Positions 20,248 through 30,806 of a DNA stretch of 55,179 bases are shown here, one piece after another. The position numbers and the translations under genes are program-made. A model generated the notes under the pieces. It did not search any database and was not told where the DNA came from. It saw nothing but the letters and a program-made list of their open reading frames with translations. Each line of letters starts with the position of its first letter. The stretch's first letter is position 1. Source of the DNA: a virus (taxonomy: Duplodnaviria > Caudoviricetes); IMG/VR virus record IMGVR_UViG_3300046734_000050, positions 1-55,179 of that record. The stretch is one strand, 5' to 3'.

Positions 20248-21999
20248 ATGACAAGAGCAAAAGACATATCCAAGATAGTCACTGATGCAGACCTCAGTGG
20301 TACTCTTGATGTAACAGGTACAGTGACAGCAGGTGATGTAACCATGACCAGAGAAACTGGTGGTTACTTGTTTAACACTGGTGGCTCAACTAGAGCAGGT
20401 ATTCGTTCTGATGACCAAAACAATTTAACTCTAAGAGCAGGTACTGATGCTATAAAAATGCACGTTGGAGCAGATGGCAACGTAGGTATTGGTACTAGTA
20501 GTCCAGATAGCACACTTGAAGTTAACGGAATCATAGAGATAAAAAGAAGTAATGAATTATCAGTACTTACAACTACAGCTACAGGTGTTGCAAACTTTGA
20601 GTTTGGTTTTAATAAAAGTGGTGGCACTACTCGTGGCATGCCAAATGACACAGCATTTATAAATATGCGACAAGGTTATCCTATTATAATTGCGACTCAA
20701 GAAACAGAACGTATGCGTATTACTGATGGTGGAAACGTAGGTATTGGTACTAGTAGTCCAAATAGGATGCTCACCTTAGAAAATGGTGATATTCAAATAC
20801 ATGATAGTGGAACAGGTGACCCATTATTAAACTTTTCTGTAGGAGGCACACAGGCTTCTCCAACTCAAAGTTGGACTTTTAGAATAGACAATAGTGATTC
20901 TGATAAATTTCAATTAATGGATGTTACTGATAGTCGTATTGTTTTAACAGCAGATGGCTCAGGCAACGTAGGTATTGGTACTAGTAGTCCTTCTGCAAAA
21001 CTTGACGTAACTGGTGCAATAGAAGCTGACGATAAAATCACTATTGCTTATGAAGCAGGAAGTAGTGATTGGGAACTTGAATCTACATCAGGTGATGACT
21101 TTACTATTTCAAGAAATGGTTCACAAAAGTTATTGATAGATGGTAGTACAAGCAACGTAGGTATTGGTACTACTAGTCCTGCTACAACATTAGATGTGTA
21201 TGGAAACATAAATTTAAGAAGTGGTTACAATTTAACTTGGGGTGGTTTTTACGGAGCAAATATCCCTACAATAGCTGCTCCAAGTGGAGCAGGAGCTAAC
21301 ATCCAATTCTACCCTGCTGGTAATACATCAGGCGAAACAATGCGTATTACAAGTAATGGTACTGTATTAATAGGCAAAACTTCATCTGACGGCTCTGCTA
21401 GTGCTGGATTTGAATTTGAGCCTCCCGGTGCTTTAAGTATTGCCGCTGATGGAGCACCTTCCGTAACAATAAATAGGAACACTAGTGATGGTTCTTTAGT
21501 TGCCTTCCGTCAAGCTAATACTACTGAAGGAACAATTTCAATAAGTGGAACAACTACAAGCTATAATGGTGGACACATATCTCGTTGGTCAAGATTACTT
21601 GATAACAGTAAAGACACTTCAATAGTCAAAGGCACAGTAATGACTAACCTTGATGAAATGGTTGAATGGGGTGATGAAGACAACGAGCAGTTAAACAAGA
21701 TGGCAGTATCTAGTGTTGAGGGTGACGCTAATGTTGCAGGAGTATTTGTTAACTGGGATAATGATGATGACTGGAATGATATGAATGTAGCAATGACTGG
21801 TGATATGGTTATTAGAATTGCTCAAGGAACAACAGTCGCTAGAGGTGACTTGCTAATGAGTGCAGGAGATGGCACAGCAAAACCTCAAGATGACGATATC
21901 GTAAGAAGTAAAACAATAGCCAAAGTTACTTCTACAAACGTATCACATACATATGATGACGGCACTTATTTAGTGCCTTGTGTATTGATGGCTTGCTAA
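20248..21999 (+). CDS. Tail fibre with GNVGIGTSSP repeats and C-terminal chaperone-like domain
   Basis: MTRAKDIS N-terminus; four NVGIGTxSP repeats; GGH...GDLLMS...IAKVTS...LVPCVL C-terminus. Confidence 0.8.
   Translation: MTRAKDISKIVTDADLSGTLDVTGTVTAGDVTMTRETGGYLFNTGGSTRAGIRSDDQNNLTLRAGTDAIKMHVGADGNVGIGTSSPDSTLEVNGIIEIKRSNELSVLTTTATGVANFEFGFNKSGGTTRGMPNDTAFINMRQGYPIIIATQETERMRITDGGNVGIGTSSPNRMLTLENGDIQIHDSGTGDPLLNFSVGGTQASPTQSWTFRIDNSDSDKFQLMDVTDSRIVLTADGSGNVGIGTSSPSAKLDVTGAIEADDKITIAYEAGSSDWELESTSGDDFTISRNGSQKLLIDGSTSNVGIGTTSPATTLDVYGNINLRSGYNLTWGGFYGANIPTIAAPSGAGANIQFYPAGNTSGETMRITSNGTVLIGKTSSDGSASAGFEFEPPGALSIAADGAPSVTINRNTSDGSLVAFRQANTTEGTISISGTTTSYNGGHISRWSRLLDNSKDTSIVKGTVMTNLDEMVEWGDEDNEQLNKMAVSSVEGDANVAGVFVNWDNDDDWNDMNVAMTGDMVIRIAQGTTVARGDLLMSAGDGTAKPQDDDIVRSKTIAKVTSTNVSHTYDDGTYLVPCVLMAC
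20479..21179 (+). repeat. Four copies of AACGTAGGTATTGGTACTAGTAGTCC (26 bp)
   Basis: 20479-20504, 20734-20759 and 20965-20990 identical; 21154-21179 has one mismatch. Confidence 0.95.
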
Positions 22000-22015
22000 C
22001 TTAAAGGAGAATAAA

Positions 22016-22327
22016 ATGGCAGTAACTTGGACAATAGGAACAATGGAAAGAGACTTAGTGCAGGGAGACAACACAGATATTGTGACTATCTTGCATTGGA
22101 GAGCATCTGACGAAGACGCAGATGGTAACACAGGGTCAGCTTATGGCACAGTCGGTGTAACACTTGTAGGAACACCAACACCATATGCAGATATCACAGA
22201 GACGCAAGCTATTGGATGGGCTAAAGATGCACTTGGTGCAGACGAAGTGGCATCAATAGAAGCAGGGATAGCTAGTCAGATAGATGCAATGGCTAACCCA
22301 ACAACAGCAAGTGGAGTATCTTGGTAA
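22016..22327 (+). CDS. Hypothetical tail-associated protein
   Basis: AAGGAG RBS; TWTI...PYADITETQAIGWAK...GVSW. Confidence 0.75.
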   Translation: MAVTWTIGTMERDLVQGDNTDIVTILHWRASDEDADGNTGSAYGTVGVTLVGTPTPYADITETQAIGWAKDALGADEVASIEAGIASQIDAMANPTTASGVSW

Positions 22328-22566
22328 TGACTGAACAATCAAACGTAATCACTATTGATGGTAAAGAGTATAAAGAAGAAGATTTATCTCAAGACCAAAA
22401 CTATTTTATCAATCAGATAAAAGACTTACAGGGTAAAGCTGCTAATCTTAGGTTTCAACTAGACCAAGTAACTGTAGCACAAAATGCCTTTACTAATTCA
22501 CTAATACAGTCAGTTAAAGGTGAAGAAGAGGAATCTACAGACAATGCAGATGAAAATGCAGCCTGA
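22327..22566 (+). CDS. Coiled-coil hypothetical protein
   Basis: ITIDGKEY...DLS followed by a coiled coil; TAATG coupling. Confidence 0.7.
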   Translation: MTEQSNVITIDGKEYKEEDLSQDQNYFINQIKDLQGKAANLRFQLDQVTVAQNAFTNSLIQSVKGEEEESTDNADENAA

Positions 22567-22738
22567 GTTAAAAGTACAAATGGAACTAGATGCACATGAG
22601 AAAGAGTGTGCCATCCGATATCAAGCAGTCAATGACAAGCTAGAAACCCTAGACAAAAGAATGTGGCGAATAGAAGCTATGTCTATGGTGGGTACGCTTG
22701 GTGTGGTAGCTTTGGTTGTCGCAATTGTAATGAAGTAA
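22544..22738 (+). CDS. Small coiled-coil plus TM protein
   Basis: HEKECAIRY...RMWRIE, then hydrophobic C-terminus. Confidence 0.65.
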   Translation: MQMKMQPELKVQMELDAHEKECAIRYQAVNDKLETLDKRMWRIEAMSMVGTLGVVALVVAIVMK

Positions 22739-22752
22739 TAGGATAAGGATAC

Positions 22753-24948
22753 ATGGCAGTACAACAAGAAATGCAAGAATCGTTTGCTAGGGTATTAGGT
22801 TATGATGGACCTATGCAAGGATTCAATAGCTTTATACAGTCAGACCCTGCAGCTTCAGAAAAGTATAAGGGTATGTTAGCCATTGCTGAAAAGCAAAGAG
22901 AGATGGCTAAACAAAATATGATGAAACGTACTCAAGCACCTAAACCACAGATGGCTCAAGGTGGTTACATGATGGATAGGTTTTCACAGAATCAACAACA
23001 AGATATGGTTGGTGGTTACGTGCCACCACCTACACAATCTTTTCGTGAAGGTGGTTTAGCAAATCCCGGATTATTACCTCAAGCTACTGCTTTTTATGGA
23101 GTAGATGGACAAGAAACTTCTTTATCTTTACCTGTACCAAATAAAGCAGGTGGTTTAACAACTCTACCTACTGCTAAACCACCAAGCCAAGACTTTCAAG
23201 ATGTAACTAAACCTGTATATGACACTAATCCATACTTAGCAGATGGCACTACACCTAACCCTAATTATGGTAAGGACACAGGAACTACAACTACTTCTGC
23301 TCCTAACATAGGAGAGATGGGTGCTCAGATGATAACAACACCCGGATTACCTACAGGCGGTGCGGTTGAAGCAGTAGGTGTGGATGCTGGGACAAATCAA
23401 TTTTTACAGACAACAACAGGTGGTGTAACACCAAGTGCTGTTGCTGTACCTACTACACTAGCTTCCACAGCCACAGCACAAGGACAGACTAAAACCACTC
23501 CTAGTGCAATAGAACCTGCTAAAGCAGAAACTTCGGTTAACACTGCATTACAGCAAACTCAAGCGGCTCAAGGTATTGTCGGTACTAATGCACAAGTAAC
23601 TGCACAACAGCAGGTAGCTAGTTCCGTATCCGAATTAAATGCAGCACAGGGTATTGCCACACAAATGACTAACCCTGTACAAAGACAAGTACAAGCTGGT
23701 GAATTAGTATCTCCTGTAGCTAACGCCGAAACAGCATCTACATATGCGGAACAAATACAGGCAGCAACAGCTACTCCTACAGAAAAGGCAACAGTGCAAG
23801 GGCAGCTTGCTAGTTTAACTGCTGACTTTGATGCAAGCAATCCTCCTGCGTGGGCAGCAGGTTCTTTACGTGCTGTACAAGCACAGATGGCACAAAGAGG
23901 TTTAGGTGCATCTTCAATGGCAGGGCAAGCTATGATTCAAGCGGCCTTAGAGTCAGCACTTCCAATAGCACAAGCGGATGCACAAATACAAGCACAGTTT
24001 GAAACACAAAACCTATCTAACAGACAGCAAAGGGCAATGCTTGCAGCTCAACAAAGAGCACAATTTATAGGTCAGGAATTTGACCAAGCATTTCAAGCAA
24101 GGGTACAAAACTCTGCACGTATAGGTGACATAGCTAATCAAAACTTTACTGCTGAACAAAACATAGCCTTAGAAAACTCTCGTGCTGTTAATACAATGAA
24201 CTTAAATAACCTGTCTAATAAACAAGCACTAGTTATAGCAGAAGCATCAGCACTTGCTAATATGGATATGTCTAACTTAAACAATAGACAACAATCTGCT
24301 GTACAAAACGCACAGTCTTTTTTGCAAATGGATATGGCTAATCTATCCAATACACAGCAAGCTAATATGTTTAATGCACAGCAAAGAATACAATCTTTGT
24401 TTACAGACACAGCTGCTGAAAACGCCGCTAAACAATTTAATGCTACATCACAAAATCAAGTTGACCAATTCTTTGCACAGCTAGGGCAACAAGCTAATCA
24501 GTTTAATGCTACACAAGTTAATGCACAAGAACAGTTTAATGCCGGGCAAAACAATACAGTAGAAAGATTTAATGCTGAATTGAATAATGCACGTGACATA
24601 TTTAATGCCCAAAACCAACAAGTAATAGCACAGTCTAATGCTAATTGGAGAAGACAGATAGCTTCAGCAGATACTGTAGCTGTCAATCGTGCTAACGAAC
24701 TTAATGCTCAAAGCATATTAGGTATAAGCAATCAAGCTTATAACAACTTATGGCAGTACTACGGTGACACTATGGAGTGGGCATGGACATCAGCAGAGAA
24801 TGAAAGAAGTCGTGTCGTTGATTTAGCAAAAGCACAATTAGCTGCCGATGCTAATGCTGATATAGCAAAAATGAAGAATGATTATAACTCATCAGCTGCA
24901 TTTGGTGGTCTTATGACTAAGTTTATTGGAGGAGCACTAGGATTCTAA
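22753..24948 (+). CDS. Putative internal virion / ejection protein, Gln/Ala/Asn-rich
   Basis: 731 aa; long QFNA/NLSN heptad-like repeats; position after tail genes. Confidence 0.65.
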   Translation: MAVQQEMQESFARVLGYDGPMQGFNSFIQSDPAASEKYKGMLAIAEKQREMAKQNMMKRTQAPKPQMAQGGYMMDRFSQNQQQDMVGGYVPPPTQSFREGGLANPGLLPQATAFYGVDGQETSLSLPVPNKAGGLTTLPTAKPPSQDFQDVTKPVYDTNPYLADGTTPNPNYGKDTGTTTTSAPNIGEMGAQMITTPGLPTGGAVEAVGVDAGTNQFLQTTTGGVTPSAVAVPTTLASTATAQGQTKTTPSAIEPAKAETSVNTALQQTQAAQGIVGTNAQVTAQQQVASSVSELNAAQGIATQMTNPVQRQVQAGELVSPVANAETASTYAEQIQAATATPTEKATVQGQLASLTADFDASNPPAWAAGSLRAVQAQMAQRGLGASSMAGQAMIQAALESALPIAQADAQIQAQFETQNLSNRQQRAMLAAQQRAQFIGQEFDQAFQARVQNSARIGDIANQNFTAEQNIALENSRAVNTMNLNNLSNKQALVIAEASALANMDMSNLNNRQQSAVQNAQSFLQMDMANLSNTQQANMFNAQQRIQSLFTDTAAENAAKQFNATSQNQVDQFFAQLGQQANQFNATQVNAQEQFNAGQNNTVERFNAELNNARDIFNAQNQQVIAQSNANWRRQIASADTVAVNRANELNAQSILGISNQAYNNLWQYYGDTMEWAWTSAENERSRVVDLAKAQLAADANADIAKMKNDYNSSAAFGGLMTKFIGGALGF

Positions 24949-25157
24949 TGATTACTAACCCTATGATTATGGCACTAAATGGTGTACCAACCATTGAAGA
25001 AGAGACAGAGGTAAAGAAGATACCATCTAAAGGATTACTTACTCGTACTATGGATTCAAAACAATCCACAGGCAGTTCTCCTGATGATGTTAAAATGCGT
25101 GTAGCAAGATATGTACAAGATATACGTAACAAAAGAAAAGGTTTAAAAGATGCCTGA
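24948..25157 (+). CDS. Hypothetical protein
   Basis: 69 aa, translationally coupled at both ends. Confidence 0.65.
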   Translation: MITNPMIMALNGVPTIEEETEVKKIPSKGLLTRTMDSKQSTGSSPDDVKMRVARYVQDIRNKRKGLKDA

Positions 25158-25650
25158 ATTAAATGAAGTCGTACATGATGGTCCTGTAGCAGGTCAGTCT
25201 CTAACAGCAGAGTTTGGTGCTAGACCTTGGCAGAGTCCACCACAATATAATACACTAGAAGAAGCATTAGAGTGGTATGTACCTAGACTAACAAACAAAG
25301 CGTTTACTACAGAGTTATTTGATATAATAGAAATGGGAATACCATTAACTACTATAGCTAATAGTATGCAGTTGACAGCAGTTATGGAAGGTGTTCACTC
25401 GATTGATATAGGCATTTTAGTTACTCCTATTATAGTAGAGATGTTAGCCTATCTTGCAGACAGTCAAGATGTAGAATACAAAATAGGTAATGAAGAGCCT
25501 GAAGATGACGATACACCTAGTGAAGGTATGATAGCGGCGGCTCTGAACAAGTTAAAACAAGAAGAAGATAAACCTATTCCTGTCCCGGGAATAGATAATG
25601 AGGTTACTGAAGAAGAAGAGCCTAGTGGATTAATGGCAAGGAGAGCTTAA
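25150..25650 (+). CDS. Hypothetical virion-associated protein
   Basis: PVAGQSLT...RPWQSPPQY motif; acidic. Confidence 0.7.
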   Translation: MPELNEVVHDGPVAGQSLTAEFGARPWQSPPQYNTLEEALEWYVPRLTNKAFTTELFDIIEMGIPLTTIANSMQLTAVMEGVHSIDIGILVTPIIVEMLAYLADSQDVEYKIGNEEPEDDDTPSEGMIAAALNKLKQEEDKPIPVPGIDNEVTEEEEPSGLMARRA

Positions 25651-26921
25651 TGGGATTTAGTTTAGCAGGATTTATTGGTGGTGCAGCAACTCAAGGTTTA
25701 AAAGACATTGAGGCAGAGGAGCTACGTGTTAAAAAATTCTATGAGAAGGAACTTGACAGGTCTGTTGCAGAGCAGAGAGAGATGCGTAAAGACAGGCGTA
25801 AGAAAGTAGAATCTCGTATGGAACAAATAACTATGCTTGAGTCTTTCTTTGGGGATGACCCACAAGCTAGAAACATGGCGGCTAAAGTCGTAGCAGGTGG
25901 TACTGCTAATGTTAATATGATATTAAATACACTTCAAAAAGCTAGAGTTAATGGTGCGACAAAGGAAGATATGTTTAAGGCTATTCAGTATGTACCAGAT
26001 AAAGATGCACCTAATCAATCTTTTGAAACAGCTAAAGACGCTGCTGAATCAATCACAGAAGTGATTAAGCCTATTGAGTTTGATTCTATATCTTCCGCAG
26101 CCTCAAAGCAAACTAAAGGTTTATTTGGTAGGCTTGTTAATAAAGATAAAATCTTTAACACAATGGTTCAAGAATATAAAGACGTTGGTGGATTAAGAGA
26201 TGAGCCTAATGATAAAGTTGTTCAAGCTCTGAAGGGAACACTAAAGGTAGACTTTACTCAACTACCAACAGAGGTTAAGTCATTAGACCAAAACTTAAAT
26301 AGGGTAAGTGTAAGTATGTCTAAGCTAGATAAATCTAGTCCTACTTATCAGCAAGACTTTGACAAACTTAATAACGAAAAGAAACGTATCATAGGTATTA
26401 TGAATGAAAAAGCTATTGCTTTAGAAGGTACACCAACGGATACCTCTGCTAGTATATCTGTACTAGGTACAAACTTAAACAGTGTTATATCAGATGCGGA
26501 AAAGTCAGTAGGTTATGATAAAACTAAAAAGACAGCGATAGTAAATGGTCAACTAGTTGCGGTTGGCGATGCCCAAAAGATACGTAATAAAGTAGTTGAT
26601 AAGGCTAAGAAAGAATTTTTACTAACATTAGTAGATGGTAGTGGTCAGCCATTAAATAGTAAGGCTGCTTTTATAATAAGGTCAAGACTAAAAAATGAGT
26701 ATGAAGAGTTAATGGCTAGACTAGAAGGCAAGGAAGTAAAAAGCACAGTAGATAAAAAGGAAGAAGCAACTAAAATAGAGGTAGGTGTGGCTAAAAACTT
26801 TGGCTCTCCTGAAGCTTATCTAAATGACCGTAGAAAAAAGGGATTGAATAATGCTGCTATTAGAGTGATATTAAAACAAGCATACCCTAACGCAGACATA
26901 GATAAATTATTAAAAGGATAG
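25650..26921 (+). CDS. Putative internal virion protein
   Basis: 423 aa; Gly-rich amphipathic N-terminus MGFSLAGFIGGAA, then helical. Confidence 0.6.
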   Translation: MGFSLAGFIGGAATQGLKDIEAEELRVKKFYEKELDRSVAEQREMRKDRRKKVESRMEQITMLESFFGDDPQARNMAAKVVAGGTANVNMILNTLQKARVNGATKEDMFKAIQYVPDKDAPNQSFETAKDAAESITEVIKPIEFDSISSAASKQTKGLFGRLVNKDKIFNTMVQEYKDVGGLRDEPNDKVVQALKGTLKVDFTQLPTEVKSLDQNLNRVSVSMSKLDKSSPTYQQDFDKLNNEKKRIIGIMNEKAIALEGTPTDTSASISVLGTNLNSVISDAEKSVGYDKTKKTAIVNGQLVAVGDAQKIRNKVVDKAKKEFLLTLVDGSGQPLNSKAAFIIRSRLKNEYEELMARLEGKEVKSTVDKKEEATKIEVGVAKNFGSPEAYLNDRRKKGLNNAAIRVILKQAYPNADIDKLLKG

Positions 26922-26930
26922 GTATCCGCT

Positions 26931-29900
26931 GTGAGCAATACTAACTTTGAGCTACTGAACAATCTGTATGCTGATGAGGATATAAATGAAGAGAATAATA
27001 TTACCTCTCTGAATACCATCTATGGTGAATCTCAGATACCCGATGTTGAAGTAGAAGAGAAAGATGAAAACATAGAGTCCTTAAATAGCTTGTATTCTGA
27101 AGAAGAAGAGCAGACTATTGAGGATAAAAGACCTGCCGTTGAACAACTAGAACTCCCTGAAGAATCAACTAAAACATTAACTGAATTTGCCAACGATGAA
27201 AAGTTTATAGAAGACTTAAAGAAGTATGGTAAATCTAGATTTGGTGAGTCTGGTATTCCCCAAGAAGATGAAAGTAACGAAGACTACGTTAAACGTTTTA
27301 TAACACACACAAGGCAACTTGAAACTAATTCTCTAGACTTAGGTGCTCAAGTAGCTTGGATGCGTGGTGCTTCAGAACAAGAGAAAGCTAACTTTGGTAG
27401 AGTGTATCAAGAAATGGAAAGACTTCCATCCTTCTACGAAGAAGGTGGTACTAGTGTATTAAGTGCAGTTAAAGACTATGGTCTTTCTGTATTTACTGAC
27501 CCCTTAACTTACTTAGGTTTTGGTGTAGGTAAAGTTGTATCAGCAGGTGCTCAACAAGGAATCAAGAAACTTGTATTGGCAGGTGCAAAAGAAGCCGCTA
27601 TAAAACAATCCAATAAACTACTAACTAAAGGTGGGCTTAAGACAGGTCTGGCTGTAGGTGCTACTGAAGCAGGTGTAGGTGTAATCCATAGCTTAGGTGG
27701 TCAAGAGATACGACAAGAAGCAGGAATGGAACTTAAAGGTGAAGATGGTAAGGTAGACTACGACTTAGGTGAAGCTGCTTTATTCGGTACTATAGGTGGT
27801 GTGCTAGGCTTTGGTGGTGGTGTAGGCATGAGTCGAAGTTTGTCTAAAGGAGTAGCCAAGAAAGAGATTGGAAAACAAGAAGCACTAGAAGCTGCTGAAG
27901 AGACTGTAGAAGAAACAGGTTTAGAATTATCTGAAGAAGCTATAGAAAATGTAAATAAACAAAACTTTAAATTTGATGTCAACGAAGGTTATAAAGTATA
28001 TGACAAGCTTAGTCCTGACTTCGATGTAGGTAAGTTAACTGACGTTAAAATAAAGAAGGATATACAGAATAGAGTTGGTCAAATTGGTGTACAGCTATTA
28101 GAAGAGATAGAACGACAGGGCAAATATAAAGACCTACCCAAAGAAATACTTAGCGAGAAACAGGTTACTAAGTTTGTAGGTAGACTACTTGTAGAGCAGG
28201 GTGATGTCATTGATGATGATGTATTGGATGCTGCTATAAGTCGTTCAGGTTTGTCTATGGAACAATTTACTCAAGCACTTAACGCAGGTCAGAACGAAGC
28301 AGGTAGTATACTTGGTGGGTTTGGTCAAGCGGGTAAGGTGTTTAAGAGATTAAAAGAACTAGACCCTGAGTTTGAAAAAAGATGGCAGAATCTTTATGGC
28401 TTAGAAAGTGAGACCCTAGGTTTTATGAACAAGGCTTATACTGTAATGCAGAAGCTAGACCGAAACCGTAGAGCATTAATGGTTACTCAGCTATCTACTA
28501 CTATACGTAACGTAGCTACAGGTGGTATGCGTATGACTATGGAGATGGGTGCTAACGCTATTGAAACATCTTTATACCATTTAGGTAAAGCTACCTCTGC
28601 TGCTTTAAGAGGTGAGGGTAGTGTGCAAGGTATAAAGAATGGCTTAAAAGATATGGCGAAAGATGCCTTTGGTACTCTAGCTTTTATATCAGATTCAGGT
28701 CAGACAAAAGAAATAGCTGAAGCACTTCTCAAACATAATCCTAGATTATATAGACAGATAGACAGGTCTCTACAAGAGGTAGGTGCAGATAGTAGTGATG
28801 ATTTATGGAGATTTTCTAAGTGGGCTAACAGCCTAAACATGGCTCAGGACAGGTTCTTTAGACGTGCTGTATTCTCAGCTTCTGTTGATAAACAGATAAG
28901 AAGAACAGGACTTAAGGGATTAGGTGGTGAGGATGCCGCAGGTTTAGCCGAAGCTTTAGCTACAGGTAAGTCAGTTCCCGCTAGTGTTTTAAAACAAGCA
29001 ACGGAAGATGCACTTTCTTTTACTTTCTCTCGGATGCCTAAAGCACAGAAGGGTAAGATAGGAGATAGTATTGCTCATTACTTTATAAAGTTTAATGAAT
29101 CATTAGGTCCTATCCCCGGTCCTGTAGGTACAGCGGCATTTCCATTTGCTAGGTTTATGGCTAATGCCATGCAGTTTCAATTTAGTTATAGTCCATTGAG
29201 TATTCCTGCCGCAGCTTTTAATACTGTAGGTGGTGCAACTAAGTATATAAAGAAGGCTATCACAGGCAAGGGTGGTGAGGGTGCAGAAGCACAGATGCGA
29301 TTAGCTAGGGAGCAGTTCTCTAAAGCCACTGTAGGTAGTGCTGCTCTAGTAGCCGCTATTAAGTATAGAATAGACAACCCTGATATAAAATGGTATGAAG
29401 GTGAAAAGGAAGATGGTAGGACTGTAGACCTCAGACCTTTCTTTCCTATTACTCCGTACTTAGCAGTAGCTGATGTTATTGTAAGACTAGGTCAAGGAAG
29501 AGAGATTGATACTAAGCAACTCATAGAAGGTTTAACAGGTGCTCAGTTTAGAGCAGGTGCTAGTTCATATATGATTGACTCAGCCTTTGAGTTCATGCGT
29601 GAAGATGGCAGTAATATACAACAAGAAAAACTAGGAGAGTTCTTTGGTGGGTATGTAGGTGAAATCTTTGGTGGGTATGCCACACCATTTAGAGTAGTTA
29701 AAGACATAGATGCAGCGTTTAACAAAGATGCAGCTACAGTTAGAGACTCTCGTCAAGTAGAAGGAAGTGGTGCACTAGAACGTGGGTTGAGTGCAGCTAC
29801 AAATGCAATACAAAGAAACCTACCTTTCGTAGGTAAGGATTTACCTGCACTACAAAGTCCTACGCAGGAAGGTGATGTCATACAGCAAGACCCTTTAACA

Positions 29901-30395
29901 ACACAGTTGACAGGTCAAAAAATGACAGCTAGAAGAACTGCTGTACAAAGAGAATTAATAAAGCATGGATATGAAGACTATCAGATTATCCCAACTACAG
30001 GCGATAAAGCAGCTGATGCCTACATTAAAAAGTATATGGGTAAGCTAGTAGCAGATAGTTTAGCCAATGAAATTGAATCGGATTATTACAAGGGTCTTTC
30101 AAGAGTTAAGCAAGAGGCTGCCATTAAAAATAAACTAAGCTTGTATAGAGACATTGCTAAAACATTAGGTGAAGCTGAAGCTATTCAAGAAAATACTAAA
30201 GCGGGTAAAAGATTTACTCCCTTTGATAGGGCACAATGGACACGGATGAGTAAGGTTGGTAGGAAGTTAGCAGACGAATACTATAAAAATAAATATGGTA
30301 AAACGGTTGCGGAGATGCAGAAAGACGAGCCTGAAACTAATCATTTCTATATAGGAAAAACTATAGGCAATAGTCTAAGTAGTGCTTACAGATAA
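26931..30395 (+). CDS. Large internal virion / ejection protein
   Basis: 1154 aa, last gene of the structural arm; DPLTYLGFG and AFPFARF motifs. Confidence 0.65.
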   Translation: MSNTNFELLNNLYADEDINEENNITSLNTIYGESQIPDVEVEEKDENIESLNSLYSEEEEQTIEDKRPAVEQLELPEESTKTLTEFANDEKFIEDLKKYGKSRFGESGIPQEDESNEDYVKRFITHTRQLETNSLDLGAQVAWMRGASEQEKANFGRVYQEMERLPSFYEEGGTSVLSAVKDYGLSVFTDPLTYLGFGVGKVVSAGAQQGIKKLVLAGAKEAAIKQSNKLLTKGGLKTGLAVGATEAGVGVIHSLGGQEIRQEAGMELKGEDGKVDYDLGEAALFGTIGGVLGFGGGVGMSRSLSKGVAKKEIGKQEALEAAEETVEETGLELSEEAIENVNKQNFKFDVNEGYKVYDKLSPDFDVGKLTDVKIKKDIQNRVGQIGVQLLEEIERQGKYKDLPKEILSEKQVTKFVGRLLVEQGDVIDDDVLDAAISRSGLSMEQFTQALNAGQNEAGSILGGFGQAGKVFKRLKELDPEFEKRWQNLYGLESETLGFMNKAYTVMQKLDRNRRALMVTQLSTTIRNVATGGMRMTMEMGANAIETSLYHLGKATSAALRGEGSVQGIKNGLKDMAKDAFGTLAFISDSGQTKEIAEALLKHNPRLYRQIDRSLQEVGADSSDDLWRFSKWANSLNMAQDRFFRRAVFSASVDKQIRRTGLKGLGGEDAAGLAEALATGKSVPASVLKQATEDALSFTFSRMPKAQKGKIGDSIAHYFIKFNESLGPIPGPVGTAAFPFARFMANAMQFQFSYSPLSIPAAAFNTVGGATKYIKKAITGKGGEGAEAQMRLAREQFSKATVGSAALVAAIKYRIDNPDIKWYEGEKEDGRTVDLRPFFPITPYLAVADVIVRLGQGREIDTKQLIEGLTGAQFRAGASSYMIDSAFEFMREDGSNIQQEKLGEFFGGYVGEIFGGYATPFRVVKDIDAAFNKDAATVRDSRQVEGSGALERGLSAATNAIQRNLPFVGKDLPALQSPTQEGDVIQQDPLTTQLTGQKMTARRTAVQRELIKHGYEDYQIIPTTGDKAADAYIKKYMGKLVADSLANEIESDYYKGLSRVKQEAAIKNKLSLYRDIAKTLGEAEAIQENTKAGKRFTPFDRAQWTRMSKVGRKLADEYYKNKYGKTVAEMQKDEPETNHFYIGKTIGNSLSSAYR

Positions 30396-30413
30396 GACTA
30401 CTGCCTACTAACG

Positions 30414-30806
30414 TTATCTATTATCCCCTGAACCTGATAATGTTCCACGTTCCTTTCTGCTATGTAACTTCTTCAAGTTTTCTTTCATAATCTCATTCAA
30501 TGGAACACCTACCTCTTTAGCCATCATAGCACAATACCAAAGTACGTCACCTATCTCTGATGCTATGGCAATCTTCTTCAACTCAAAGCCTTCCATATCC
30601 TCACCATCACGTATAAGTTTCTTTACCTTACCTGCTACTTCACCTGCTTCACTTGTTAACCCTAGAGCTAAATACTCTAGGGCTTTGTCTTTAGGGAAGA
30701 TGGCTGTTTGTCCTGCCTTCATTTCGTAGAACTCAGCAGTCATTATCTCTGCTATAACTATTTTATCTTTCATGTATTTGTTCGCTTCTTCTTCTAGTTT
30801 CGACAT
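30414..30806 (-). CDS. mazG: MazG-like nucleotide pyrophosphohydrolase
   Basis: LGLTSEAGEVAGKVKK...EIGDVLWY...NLKKLHSRKERGTLSGSGDNR. Confidence 0.9.
   Translation of the reverse strand: MSKLEEEANKYMKDKIVIAEIMTAEFYEMKAGQTAIFPKDKALEYLALGLTSEAGEVAGKVKKLIRDGEDMEGFELKKIAIASEIGDVLWYCAMMAKEVGVPLNEIMKENLKKLHSRKERGTLSGSGDNR

Noticed and set aside
15982-21999. Diversity-generating retroelement or invertase shufflon acting on the fibres
   Set aside because: No reverse transcriptase, no adenine-specific TR/VR pair, no inverted cassettes
30396-30413. Bidirectional terminator where the two gene arms converge
   Set aside because: The gap is only 18 bp and has no convincing stem-loop
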